This document shows, piece by piece, positions 18,571 to 26,925 of a DNA stretch of 35,987 nt. The notes beneath the pieces are model-generated. The model saw only the letters and a program-made list of their open reading frames with translations, made no database searches and was not told the origin of the DNA. A program made the translations under genes and the position numbers. The DNA comes from a virus (taxonomy: Duplodnaviria; Caudoviricetes): the IMG/VR virus record IMGVR_UViG_3300035145_001458, positions 1 to 35,987 of that record; one strand, 5' to 3'. The number at the start of each line of letters is the position of its first letter. Within the stretch, counting starts at the first letter, position 1.

Positions 18571-18598
18571 TTCACACGAATAGAGGAGGAATAGACAA

Positions 18599-19585
18599 AT
18601 GTCAAGTTTAAGAGATCTACTAGACTACGCAGATACTAATGATCTGCCACCAATTACAGCGTTTGGCCAACCAGGGGTCATGTTTACCTTTAGAGGTATG
18701 TCATGTGCTCAAGGTAGTGCCAATGATAGTTATGAAAGTCAGCGTATGTGCTGGTGTGTTCCACCTCTAGATGCGTGTCGTCTACGTATCGAGATCTGGG
18801 GCGGCGGTGGAATGGGATCAGGTCCCCGTTGTAACTCCAGAGGAGTCCCTGGTTATTCAGGAGAGTATAACAGCAGAATTATTTGTGCTGATGAAATCTC
18901 TCAAAGCAATTTTAATGGTCAGTGCTATTTAATGTGCGCTGGTATGGCAAACTGCTGTGCTAACTGCTCGGGTGGTTGCATGGGTTGTAAGAGTTTCGTT
19001 CAAGGCCCTGGTCTTCCAAGTAACTTCTGTGCAGAAGGCGGATATGGTGGTAAGTACGAAGGTATTTGCTGCGCTTTCAATTGCTCTGCATATGCTTGCA
19101 TAACTAAAATCGGTAACAACTGCTGCTCTAACTGTGGTTGTACTCCTGCTTACTGCTGCTGGCACGAATCAGTTTGTGCTCCATTCAATAAAGAAGACAG
19201 AGAAGCATACGAAGCAAAGGGCACATGCTATAACGGCATTACTGCTTCTTACATTCAGTCAGACTGCTGCTGTCGCGGTAGACACGGCAAGAAATCATAC
19301 ACCCCAATGCCTGGTGGTCAAATCGGAAGATTTGGAGCGTACATGGTATTCGGTGCTCACTGTACAGAATGTACAGGTTCCTGCTGGTGGTGTATGGAAA
19401 ACGATAGAGCAAATAACTCTGGCGGTATCTTCCCTGGTCTTGGTTCTTCCTCATGTAGTTGGGGTGGACCTCCTGGAATGGGCGGTGGCACTGGCGACCT
19501 TGGTTGCTGCTACAACTGCTATTGCGGCGGTACTGGCGCTACTGGCGCTGTTAGATTCACACTATACCTACCAGGAGAGGTTTGA
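18599..19585 (+). CDS. Cys/Gly-rich adhesin-like protein, paralogue 1 (328 aa)
   Basis: GAGGAG SD. Motifs EIWGGGG, NFCAEGGYGG and terminal G..GAVRFT. About 38 Cys by manual count. Confidence 0.8.
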   Translation: MSSLRDLLDYADTNDLPPITAFGQPGVMFTFRGMSCAQGSANDSYESQRMCWCVPPLDACRLRIEIWGGGGMGSGPRCNSRGVPGYSGEYNSRIICADEISQSNFNGQCYLMCAGMANCCANCSGGCMGCKSFVQGPGLPSNFCAEGGYGGKYEGICCAFNCSAYACITKIGNNCCSNCGCTPAYCCWHESVCAPFNKEDREAYEAKGTCYNGITASYIQSDCCCRGRHGKKSYTPMPGGQIGRFGAYMVFGAHCTECTGSCWWCMENDRANNSGGIFPGLGSSSCSWGGPPGMGGGTGDLGCCYNCYCGGTGATGAVRFTLYLPGEV

Positions 19586-19588
19586 TCG

Positions 19589-20515
19589 ATGGCTGGAATT
19601 AGAAACTTACTAGGAAAAGAATTCAAGTCGTCGGTCTCGGCACTTGGAACAACTGTAGAACCGATCCATGACGGTAAAGTTTGGATCTACATGGACATGC
19701 AGAGATCATGCTGCTGTCAATGTGCAAACACTAATTGCATCTGCCGTTGGTGTGTCCCCTGTGGCGTTACAAAGGTAACGTTCGAGATCTGGGGTGGCGG
19801 TGGTGGCGGCGCTGGCGCTTGCTGCTGCATGAACGGTATCCCAGGCACCACTGGTGCTTATTCACGTAAGACCCTAACCTACCCAGAAATTGAGGGTGGT
19901 TACTGCTATTCTATGTGCGTTGCAACTGCAACTAGCAACACAAATAGTTTCCGTGGCCGTAGAGGATGTACAACTTACATCACTGGACCTGGATTAACTA
20001 ACTTCTGTGCAGAAGGTGGATATGGTGGTTGCTCTTGCTGTGGTATTTGGTCTACCACTTCAAACTATTCTCAAGACTGTATTACCTTCGCATCTGCAGG
20101 TGGCGATCCATCAGCAGGAGACTGCTTGGGTTATGGTCCCCCAGCATATGGTGGAGATGAGAACATTAGAGGAAGATCAGGATGGATTAGAGCTCAATGT
20201 CAGTCTAACTGTGCTGTCAAGGCAATGCTTCCTTATCCTCCAAGACTTATTGACCATAGTGGCGGATGGACAACTACTCATTATTGCACTTGTGCTACTT
20301 GTGGTGAGCAAAACCACTGCTTCTTCAACCATCCATGGTCTGGTGATCCCTGGTGCTATTCTTCGGGTATCCCTGGATTTGGTAACGCATCTGGTATTAC
20401 ATGTCAGTCCTCCTGTGTATGCGGAACCCCAGGTTCTGGTGGTATGATTCGTATCACATATTGCTCCTGCTGGATGGGTGTTAATGAAAACTGTTCTCTA
20501 CATATGTGTAACTAA
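19589..20515 (+). CDS. Cys/Gly-rich adhesin-like protein, paralogue 2 (308 aa)
   Basis: Motifs WCVPCGVTKVTFEIWGGGGGGAG, NFCAEGGYGG, GSGGMIRITY. About 34 Cys by manual count. Confidence 0.8.
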   Translation: MAGIRNLLGKEFKSSVSALGTTVEPIHDGKVWIYMDMQRSCCCQCANTNCICRWCVPCGVTKVTFEIWGGGGGGAGACCCMNGIPGTTGAYSRKTLTYPEIEGGYCYSMCVATATSNTNSFRGRRGCTTYITGPGLTNFCAEGGYGGCSCCGIWSTTSNYSQDCITFASAGGDPSAGDCLGYGPPAYGGDENIRGRSGWIRAQCQSNCAVKAMLPYPPRLIDHSGGWTTTHYCTCATCGEQNHCFFNHPWSGDPWCYSSGIPGFGNASGITCQSSCVCGTPGSGGMIRITYCSCWMGVNENCSLHMCN

Positions 20516-20529
20516 TAGGATAAACGACA

Positions 20530-21432
20530 ATGGCTTTTAACTTACGAGATCTATTGGGGACTGTCACGTCAGATTCTGCTGGCGGTGGATATGATGCAGA
20601 AACACTGCTCCCCACTTATCCTCTAGAGGGATATAATGTTCAGTACATCGGTCCTGGACAATATATGACACAGGGTCTTGACGACCCTTTGAGTGCTAGA
20701 GATAACTATCACTACACATATTATCCTAACTGGACTATTCCTTCTGGCGCTACCGACGTTCTCTTTGAGATCTGGGGTGGCGGCGGTGGTGGCGCTGTAT
20801 CCTGTTGTTGCTCTCATGGCCCTGGTGGTGGCGCTGGTGCATATGCATTCAAGAGATTGCAAGGAGCAGATGTTGTTGCTGGTTGCCAGTATCAACTTTG
20901 TGTAGCAACCGCAACCTGCAGAACATCGTCCAAGTCAGGTCGTAGAGGATGTACAACTTTCATCACTGGTAACGGTCTAACCAACTTCTGTGCAGAAGGT
21001 GGTCATGGTGGTTGCAACTACTGCTTCTTACAAGGATGCACTTGGTTGACTCCAAGAAGAAATGAAGGTTCCTGTGCATATGGTTGCTGTGCAATCTACT
21101 ATGGTGCTGATGGTGGTGCTGTTGGACTACCTGGAGCATACTATGCAATCTGTTATGGCAACAGATGCCACAACAAGTTCTTCTTCCCATATCCTGGTGG
21201 TCTCGTAAGCGCCAAGGGTGGATATGTTACCGATAGACATCGTTGTGGACATTGCAACTGCCACTACTGTGAGTGGTGTAAAGCAAAGAATACGGTTGGA
21301 TTTGGTCAGGGTAACTGGTGCCACACCAACGGTGTTCCTGGTATGGGTGGTGTCACTGCATCTACTTGCTGCAATGGACCTATCTGCGGATCTGGTGGTA
21401 ACGGTGGTCTGATCAGAATCAGCTACAAGTGA
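20530..21432 (+). CDS. Cys/Gly-rich adhesin-like protein, paralogue 3 (300 aa)
   Basis: Motifs WTIPSGATDVLFEIWGGGGGGA, NFCAEGGHGG, GGNGGLIRISY. About 25 Cys by manual count. Confidence 0.8.
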   Translation: MAFNLRDLLGTVTSDSAGGGYDAETLLPTYPLEGYNVQYIGPGQYMTQGLDDPLSARDNYHYTYYPNWTIPSGATDVLFEIWGGGGGGAVSCCCSHGPGGGAGAYAFKRLQGADVVAGCQYQLCVATATCRTSSKSGRRGCTTFITGNGLTNFCAEGGHGGCNYCFLQGCTWLTPRRNEGSCAYGCCAIYYGADGGAVGLPGAYYAICYGNRCHNKFFFPYPGGLVSAKGGYVTDRHRCGHCNCHYCEWCKAKNTVGFGQGNWCHTNGVPGMGGVTASTCCNGPICGSGGNGGLIRISYK

Positions 21433-21470
21433 TACGGTAATCCGAAAATTGTTCAATTTATCTTAAATTC

Positions 21471-21478
21471 TATAAATA
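21471..21478 (+). promoter_or_regulatory. T4 late promoter TATAAATA
   Basis: Exact consensus in the intergenic gap; AAGGA SD before the ATG at 21506. Confidence 0.85.
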
Positions 21479-21505
21479 CATTTATTCAAGGAAAGTACAA
21501 ACGTC

Positions 21506-22234
21506 ATGGCACAAATCACTAAAGCATATACTTATAAGTTGCCCGACACTTACTATGGGACAACTGCTGTAGATGGCAATACTGCCACTGCAATGTATAA
21601 AGGGGACGCAAAAGGCTATGTCTTTGTAGGTGCTGAAGACGGCGTTCTACATCCCGATGAAGGATTCCATTATTGGAATGGAACCCAGGAAGAAAAAGAC
21701 AGTGCAATTATTAGAGCAGGATTGTCTAGAAGAGCAATTTTCTTGGACATTGCTACCAGCAATGATGATACTATCATCGCTGCTATTTGCAATAATCAGG
21801 ATGTCACTGCTGATGATTGGGCAACTGTTTCTTTCACCCTAGATGGAGAGACAGAACCTTATCACACAGACCCAGATCCCCTTCCTTTCAACGATGTATA
21901 TGATGTCCACAATGATGGCATCGTCTATGATTTTGAAACCGAAAGTTGGAAGATTGACGAGATTCCTTTTGCTACATGTATCTCTATGGAAAGACATAGA
22001 GAAATGAGAGATGAGTTGATCAATGATGCTCAACTATACCTCACTGAACCTGACAATGAAGTAACTGAAGAGCAAACAACTGCTATCAATGCATATATCA
22101 CTGAACTTCAAAATCTTTACACAAGATTTGAAGGTGTCCATCAAATGAGAATTCCTTTCCCATCATGGCCTCTCGACGATGCTGGTCCTGACGAAGAGCA
22201 GGCAGACGCAGGTGCTGATGTAGGTCCTGGTTGA
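21506..22234 (+). CDS. Putative tail fibre assembly chaperone-like protein (242 aa, acidic)
   Basis: C-terminal R..RDELI......Y...L.NL......IPFPSWP resembles phage tail-fibre assembly chaperones; follows the adhesin-like genes. Confidence 0.6.
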   Translation: MAQITKAYTYKLPDTYYGTTAVDGNTATAMYKGDAKGYVFVGAEDGVLHPDEGFHYWNGTQEEKDSAIIRAGLSRRAIFLDIATSNDDTIIAAICNNQDVTADDWATVSFTLDGETEPYHTDPDPLPFNDVYDVHNDGIVYDFETESWKIDEIPFATCISMERHREMRDELINDAQLYLTEPDNEVTEEQTTAINAYITELQNLYTRFEGVHQMRIPFPSWPLDDAGPDEEQADAGADVGPG

Positions 22235-22250
22235 TAACCAAAAAATCCAG

Positions 22251-22278
22251 AAGGGGCGGGGAAAACCGCCCCTTTTTT
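22251..22278 (+). terminator. Rho-independent terminator
   Basis: AAGGGGCGG-GGAAAA-CCGCCCCTT stem-loop ending in a T6 run. Confidence 0.85.
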
Positions 22279-22283
22279 CATGC

Positions 22284-22290
22284 CTAAATA
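22284..22290 (+). promoter_or_regulatory. Variant late promoter (CTAAATA) for the sugar-modification operon
   Basis: TAAATA core sits directly after the terminator and about 30 nt before the ATG at 22321, the same terminator-then-promoter layout as at 17816-17847. Confidence 0.55.
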
Positions 22291-22320
22291 AAGGTACTTA
22301 AATCATTAGAGATTGATTTT

Positions 22321-23451
22321 ATGAGACCAAAATCATTTTTTATCAACGGCGGTGCGGGTCGTGTGATTTGTTCAATTCCTGCTTTAGAGAAGTATCAAGA
22401 GGACCATCCAGACGAAGACTTCGTAATTGTTTGCGAGGGAGGAAGTGACTTCTTCAGAGGACATCCTACTCTATACAGCAAGGTTTATGATCACTGGCAC
22501 AAGAATTTGTTCCAGGATAAACTAAAGGATACGGACATTTGCACTCCAGAACCATATCGTGTCTGGGAGTATTACAACCAGAAGTGTAATCTGTCACAAG
22601 CGTTTGACATTTGCATCAACAATAAAGGTATTAGAGATCTCCCAGATCCTACTATCAAATTAACTAGAGACGAATCTGTAAAAGGCAAAATGATTGTTGC
22701 CGAGGTTCGTGCCAAAACAAACAAAAAGAAGACAGTAGTTTTCCAACCTTTCGGCCGTGGAGTTTCTGCTCAAGGCAATCTGGTCTTCGACTCTTCAGGA
22801 AGAAGTTTTGAATATCACAATGCTGTCAGTATCGTAAGAAGACTACAGAAGAAGTATTCTGTTATTTGGTTCAGTGAACTTCCTCTCGATGTAGAACGTC
22901 TTGGACTAAAAGATACTGTTTCCATTCCTGCATCTCAACAGGTAGATCTTCGTACATGGGCAGGTATCATTAAGGAAGCAGATCTTGTTCTTGGTTGTGA
23001 CTCTGTAGGACAACACATCGCAAAGTCGATGGACAAACCAGCAGTTGTTGTAGTTGGATCTACATTTGCCGAGAACATCTCATATCCAGACTGGGATAAG
23101 TTTGATATTCTAGATATGGGAGAGGGTCAGAGAGTTTATGATCCTATTCGCATCGCAATGGATGATGAATCCTACAGAGCGAATGATGGTATAATGGCCA
23201 TGAATGATAAGGTTGAAGAAGTCATTCTTAAGTCAGTTGACAAACTGATGAACAAATACTATCGCAAACCAGAATCAGAAGTAATTCTTCCTGAAGAATG
23301 GGGATGTGGTCCTCAAGGATGCGATCCACAACAACCACAACCAGAACAAAAAAAGGAGAAGCCAAACATCTTTAGTGACATGCAAGTGACACAAGATGCA
23401 GTAGCATCAAAACCACCAGGGTTTTCAAATTCCGTTAAGATTGCAAAATAA
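22321..23451 (+). CDS. GT-B glycosyltransferase, GT9 (heptosyltransferase)-like (376 aa)
   Basis: N-terminal GGAGRVICSIPAL (compare GT9 xxGDVxxxxPAL), central VVFQPFG, and C-terminal ADLVLGCDSVGQHIAKSMDKPAVVVVGST matching the GT9 DSGxxHxAxAxxxP motif. Confidence 0.7.
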   Translation: MRPKSFFINGGAGRVICSIPALEKYQEDHPDEDFVIVCEGGSDFFRGHPTLYSKVYDHWHKNLFQDKLKDTDICTPEPYRVWEYYNQKCNLSQAFDICINNKGIRDLPDPTIKLTRDESVKGKMIVAEVRAKTNKKKTVVFQPFGRGVSAQGNLVFDSSGRSFEYHNAVSIVRRLQKKYSVIWFSELPLDVERLGLKDTVSIPASQQVDLRTWAGIIKEADLVLGCDSVGQHIAKSMDKPAVVVVGSTFAENISYPDWDKFDILDMGEGQRVYDPIRIAMDDESYRANDGIMAMNDKVEEVILKSVDKLMNKYYRKPESEVILPEEWGCGPQGCDPQQPQPEQKKEKPNIFSDMQVTQDAVASKPPGFSNSVKIAK

Positions 23452-23464
23452 TTGAGGTATTACA

Positions 23465-25183
23465 ATGACAAACATTCTCGCTATTGCCAGAGGACACAAT
23501 GGCAGTACGACTTTGCTGCAAGATGGTGAAGTAGTTTTTTATCTAGAAGAAGAAAGACTTTCTAGATTCAAGTATGACGGAACACCTTTGATGGGTATTC
23601 TGAAAGCATTTGAATACGTAGATCACATCGATCATCTCGTGATCTGCCATACTCATCGTCATGGACCTACATCTGATTGGACATCAGAAGATATTTACGA
23701 GTGCTTTGTAAGAAAGATCGCTGGTAAAAGATTTGAGTTCAAAACTCACTACATTGATAACGTTCATCATGAGATGCACGCTGCTTGTGGTTTCTATAAC
23801 TCTGGTTTCGATGAAGCTGCTGTCGTTATTGCTGACGGAGCAGGTAGTTTCTTGGACCTAGGCGAACCTATCAAAAATGTAGGATACGAATTTGAAACTA
23901 TCTTTGATGCCAATTATGATAAAGAAGTTGGCGAAGGATATGCTAACAGATTTGATACTGTTTGGAAGCATATCGGAACCAGAGAACCATGTGGCATGTT
24001 CGAGCAGGATGGTGTCTATGTAACCGAGTATCCTGGTCACACCAAAATGTATGAAGCAGTAACACAATACTGTGGATTCCCTGCTATTGAAGCAGGTAAA
24101 CTTATGGGCCTGTCTCCATATGGTAAAGAGAATGATGAACTACCATCATTCTTTGATGCAACTGGCGAGTGGGGAAATCGCGAATTGATTATTCCTACGT
24201 ACCCTAACGCTGCTCAAATTAACTATGCACGTTATGACATCTTGAAGGATGATGTTACTCGCCATAAAGAAGGTGAATTCACTGACGTTCAGAAGGATCT
24301 TGCTTACAAGATCCAGAAAGAAACATCAGAAAGAATGGTCACCTTAATTCGTAGAGCGCACGAATTGACTGGTAAAACTAATATTGTTATTTGCGGTGGT
24401 TACGGTCTCAACTGCGTTGCAAACTACAAGTATTGGAAAGAGTTCCCTGATCTGAACATCTATTGTGAACCAATCTCTCACGATGGTGGTACTTCGATCG
24501 GTGGTGCTAAATGGGTTTGGCACCAACTCAATGAAACCAAGAAGTCGTCTGGTAAGCAGGAATCTGTTTACTACGGACCACAGTATGATCCTTCTACATA
24601 TGAATCTGGTCTTGGTGATCTTGAAGTTAGCGATACTTCTTACGGTGATGTCGCACAACTCATCCGTGATGGCAATATCGTTACTATCTACCAAGGTCGT
24701 TCCGAAGGTGGTCCCCGTGCTCTCGGTAACAGATCTATCCTCTTCGATCCTACGATCAAAGACGGAAAAGATTTTGTCAACACTGTCAAGCGTCGTGAAT
24801 GGTTCAGACCATTTGCTTGCTCTATCAAGAAAGAAGCAGTTCATGACTGGTTCGACCTTGCTGGCCGTGACGAAACTCCCCACATGATGTATGCTGTCAA
24901 GTGTCATGATGGTGTAGAAGAGAAGATTCCTTCTGTCATCCACGTTGACAACACTTGCAGAATTCAGACTGTAACCCCAGAGCAGAATGAGCATTACTAT
25001 AATCTCATTGATGCTTTCGAGAAGTTGAGCGAAGTTCCCATCTTGTTCAACACCTCATTCAACCTCGGAGGAGAACCTCTAGTTGAAACTATTGAAGATG
25101 CTGTAAAAACTCTCACCAATAGTGATATTGAATACCTGTATCTCCCAGAGATTCAGAAACTTGTTTATGTACCCAACGCATGA
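23465..25183 (+). CDS. O-carbamoyltransferase, NodU/CmcH/TobZ family (572 aa)
   Basis: Motifs EEERLSRFK, HHEMHAA, DGAG, GKLMGLSPYG, GGYGLNCVAN, DGGTSIG, GRSEGGPRALGNRSIL, VKRREWFRPFA, HVDNTCRIQTV, NTSFNLGGEPLVET. Confidence 0.95.
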   Translation: MTNILAIARGHNGSTTLLQDGEVVFYLEEERLSRFKYDGTPLMGILKAFEYVDHIDHLVICHTHRHGPTSDWTSEDIYECFVRKIAGKRFEFKTHYIDNVHHEMHAACGFYNSGFDEAAVVIADGAGSFLDLGEPIKNVGYEFETIFDANYDKEVGEGYANRFDTVWKHIGTREPCGMFEQDGVYVTEYPGHTKMYEAVTQYCGFPAIEAGKLMGLSPYGKENDELPSFFDATGEWGNRELIIPTYPNAAQINYARYDILKDDVTRHKEGEFTDVQKDLAYKIQKETSERMVTLIRRAHELTGKTNIVICGGYGLNCVANYKYWKEFPDLNIYCEPISHDGGTSIGGAKWVWHQLNETKKSSGKQESVYYGPQYDPSTYESGLGDLEVSDTSYGDVAQLIRDGNIVTIYQGRSEGGPRALGNRSILFDPTIKDGKDFVNTVKRREWFRPFACSIKKEAVHDWFDLAGRDETPHMMYAVKCHDGVEEKIPSVIHVDNTCRIQTVTPEQNEHYYNLIDAFEKLSEVPILFNTSFNLGGEPLVETIEDAVKTLTNSDIEYLYLPEIQKLVYVPNA

Positions 25184-25578
25184 AAATCTCTTTCGTTAAT
25201 GGATGTTTCGATGTGCTCCACCCAGGACACATCGAACTCCTGAAGTACGCTAGGTCTCTTGGAGATTACCTCATCGTCGCTATCGATTCCGACAGGAAGG
25301 TAGCAGAGATGAAGGGTCCCGAGAGACCTATTTTTTCGCAATATGATAGGTCGGTGATGCTCAAGGCTATCAGGCACGTTGACGTTGTGCATGTGTTTGA
25401 TACCAAGGAGGAACTGGAGGATTTGCTTGAATCCATTTCACCTGATATAATGGTGGTAGGTTCTGACTGGAAAGGAAAAGAAGTAGTAGGTTCACAGTAT
25501 GCCAAATCAGTTCGGTTTTTTGATAGACTCGGAGATTACTCCACAACCCAAACAGTTAAAGGTATTGCTTATCGGTGA
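25180..25578 (+). CDS. hldC: Heptose 1-phosphate nucleotidyltransferase (stand-alone HldE/RfaE domain II, HldC-like; 132 aa)
   Basis: FVNGCFDVLHPGHIELLKYARSLGDYLIVAIDSD..V..MKG..RPI, PDIMVVGSDW and YSTT. Confidence 0.85.
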   Translation: MKISFVNGCFDVLHPGHIELLKYARSLGDYLIVAIDSDRKVAEMKGPERPIFSQYDRSVMLKAIRHVDVVHVFDTKEELEDLLESISPDIMVVGSDWKGKEVVGSQYAKSVRFFDRLGDYSTTQTVKGIAYR

Positions 25579-26284
25579 TTCCTGTATCGATCGATATGTG
25601 TATGGGAAGTGCTCTAGATTGAGTCCAGAAGGTCCTGTACCAGTTCTTGAGAAGACTAGGGTAGAAGAGACTAGAGGCATGGCATGGAACGTCAGAGAGA
25701 ACCTCATGGCCTTCGGTATTGATGTTTACATCATGACCAACGAAGAGATGCCAATCAAGACAAGATTTGTTGATGAGAAATCGAATCAGCAGATCATGAG
25801 ATTGGATGAGAAAGATGAGGTAAGTCCTTTCGATTGGGAGATGCCAAAAGAAGACTTTGATGCAATGGTTATCTCCGACTATAATAAAGGATTATTATCC
25901 GAAGAAAAAATCTTTGAACTATGCGACTGGTTCAAGAGACCTGTATTCATTGATAGTAAAAAGACTAATCTACCAAGACAGTGTTTCATCAAACTAAATG
26001 ATGGCGAAGCACAGAAGTTGGAAGGAGAATATCCTTTCTTGATTACTACAAAAGGATCTGAAGGTGCTACCTTCAAAGGTAGATTGTATCCTGGAACTAA
26101 AGTGCCAGTCTTTGACGTAGCAGGTGCTGGTGATACATTCTTATCTGCTCTAGTATTCCATTACCTAAACACTGGTGTCATGGAGTCTGCTATTCCTTTT
26201 GCAAACAGAGCGGCCGCAGTAGCGGTATCCAACCCAGGAACTTATGTACTTACGCAGGATGATGTGAATGATTTATGTAATTGA
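25499..26284 (+). CDS. hldA: PfkB-family sugar kinase, heptose 7-phosphate kinase (stand-alone HldE domain I, HldA-like); start codon uncertain
   Basis: VLLIGDSCIDRYVYG.C.RLSPEGPVPV, KTRFV, ISDYNKG, VFIDSK and VFDVAGAGDTF...AN.AAAVAV..PGT. Overlaps the upstream gene by 80 nt. Confidence 0.85.
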   Translation: MPNQFGFLIDSEITPQPKQLKVLLIGDSCIDRYVYGKCSRLSPEGPVPVLEKTRVEETRGMAWNVRENLMAFGIDVYIMTNEEMPIKTRFVDEKSNQQIMRLDEKDEVSPFDWEMPKEDFDAMVISDYNKGLLSEEKIFELCDWFKRPVFIDSKKTNLPRQCFIKLNDGEAQKLEGEYPFLITTKGSEGATFKGRLYPGTKVPVFDVAGAGDTFLSALVFHYLNTGVMESAIPFANRAAAVAVSNPGTYVLTQDDVNDLCN

Positions 26285-26588
26285 TATTGACGGCACTATC
26301 TGTGTCAAGGACAAAAGAAAAGGATATGAGATGAGTGTCCCTATGATGCATAGGATCAATATGATCAATGATCTATATGATAAGGGCCACTACATCAAAT
26401 ACTTCACAGCAAGAGGTATGGGAAGGCACCAAGGCAATGCTAGCATGGCATTCACCGAGTTCTATGTTATGACATCAGAACAGTTAAGGAAGTGGGGATG
26501 TAAGTATCATGAGTTGATTCTCGGCAAACCCGCTGGAGATATATACATTGACGACAAAGGAATTAATGATGTCGGATTCTTTAGTTAA
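26268..26588 (+). CDS. Small capless HAD-family phosphatase (capsule-biosynthesis-phosphatase-like; 106 aa)
   Basis: HAD motif I DIDGT, motif II FTARG, and GKP..DIYIDDK for motifs III/IV. Confidence 0.8.
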   Translation: MIYVIDIDGTICVKDKRKGYEMSVPMMHRINMINDLYDKGHYIKYFTARGMGRHQGNASMAFTEFYVMTSEQLRKWGCKYHELILGKPAGDIYIDDKGINDVGFFS

Positions 26589-26925
26589 GCACGTACCCAA
26601 AGGTTGGGGATACGAGAAGTGGATTGTTAACAACGAAAAGTATTGTGGGAAACTTCTCTTCTTCGAGGCAGGCAAGAAGTGCTCTTGGCATTACCACAAA
26701 ATAAAGCACGAAACTTTCTACCTGCATTCAGGTAAAATTCATCTTTATTATGGATTTGATGACGATCAATACACGGCCGATCGCATAGTATTAACCCCTG
26801 GAATCCCTTTTGAGGTTCCCAGGGGCATGAGGCATCAGATGATTGCCTTGGAAGATTCTGAATTATATGAGTTCTCTACGACTCACTTTGAGTCTGATTC
26901 GTATCGGGTTGTAAAGGGCGATTGA
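26569..26925 (+). CDS. Cupin-fold protein (sugar isomerase-like)
   Basis: VPKGWGYEKWI...YCGKLL...CSWHYHKIKHETFY...VPRGMRHQM...EFST. AAAGGA SD at 26556-26561 favours ATG 26569 (or 26566) over the TTG at 26548. Confidence 0.8.
   Translation: MSDSLVKHVPKGWGYEKWIVNNEKYCGKLLFFEAGKKCSWHYHKIKHETFYLHSGKIHLYYGFDDDQYTADRIVLTPGIPFEVPRGMRHQMIALEDSELYEFSTTHFESDSYRVVKGD

Noticed and set aside
18599-21432. Cys-rich ORFs as RiPP precursors or metallothioneins
   Set aside because: At about 300 aa with a conserved Gly-rich scaffold, and with no leader peptide, radical SAM, LanM or YcaO gene nearby, a structural adhesin reading fits better.
25499-25578. Programmed +1 frameshift at the T6 run (25516-25521) fusing HldC to HldA into a reversed-order HldE
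   Set aside because: A shift there would remove the conserved YSTT motif of HldC, and an in-frame ATG exists at 25499. A simple overlap is more parsimonious.
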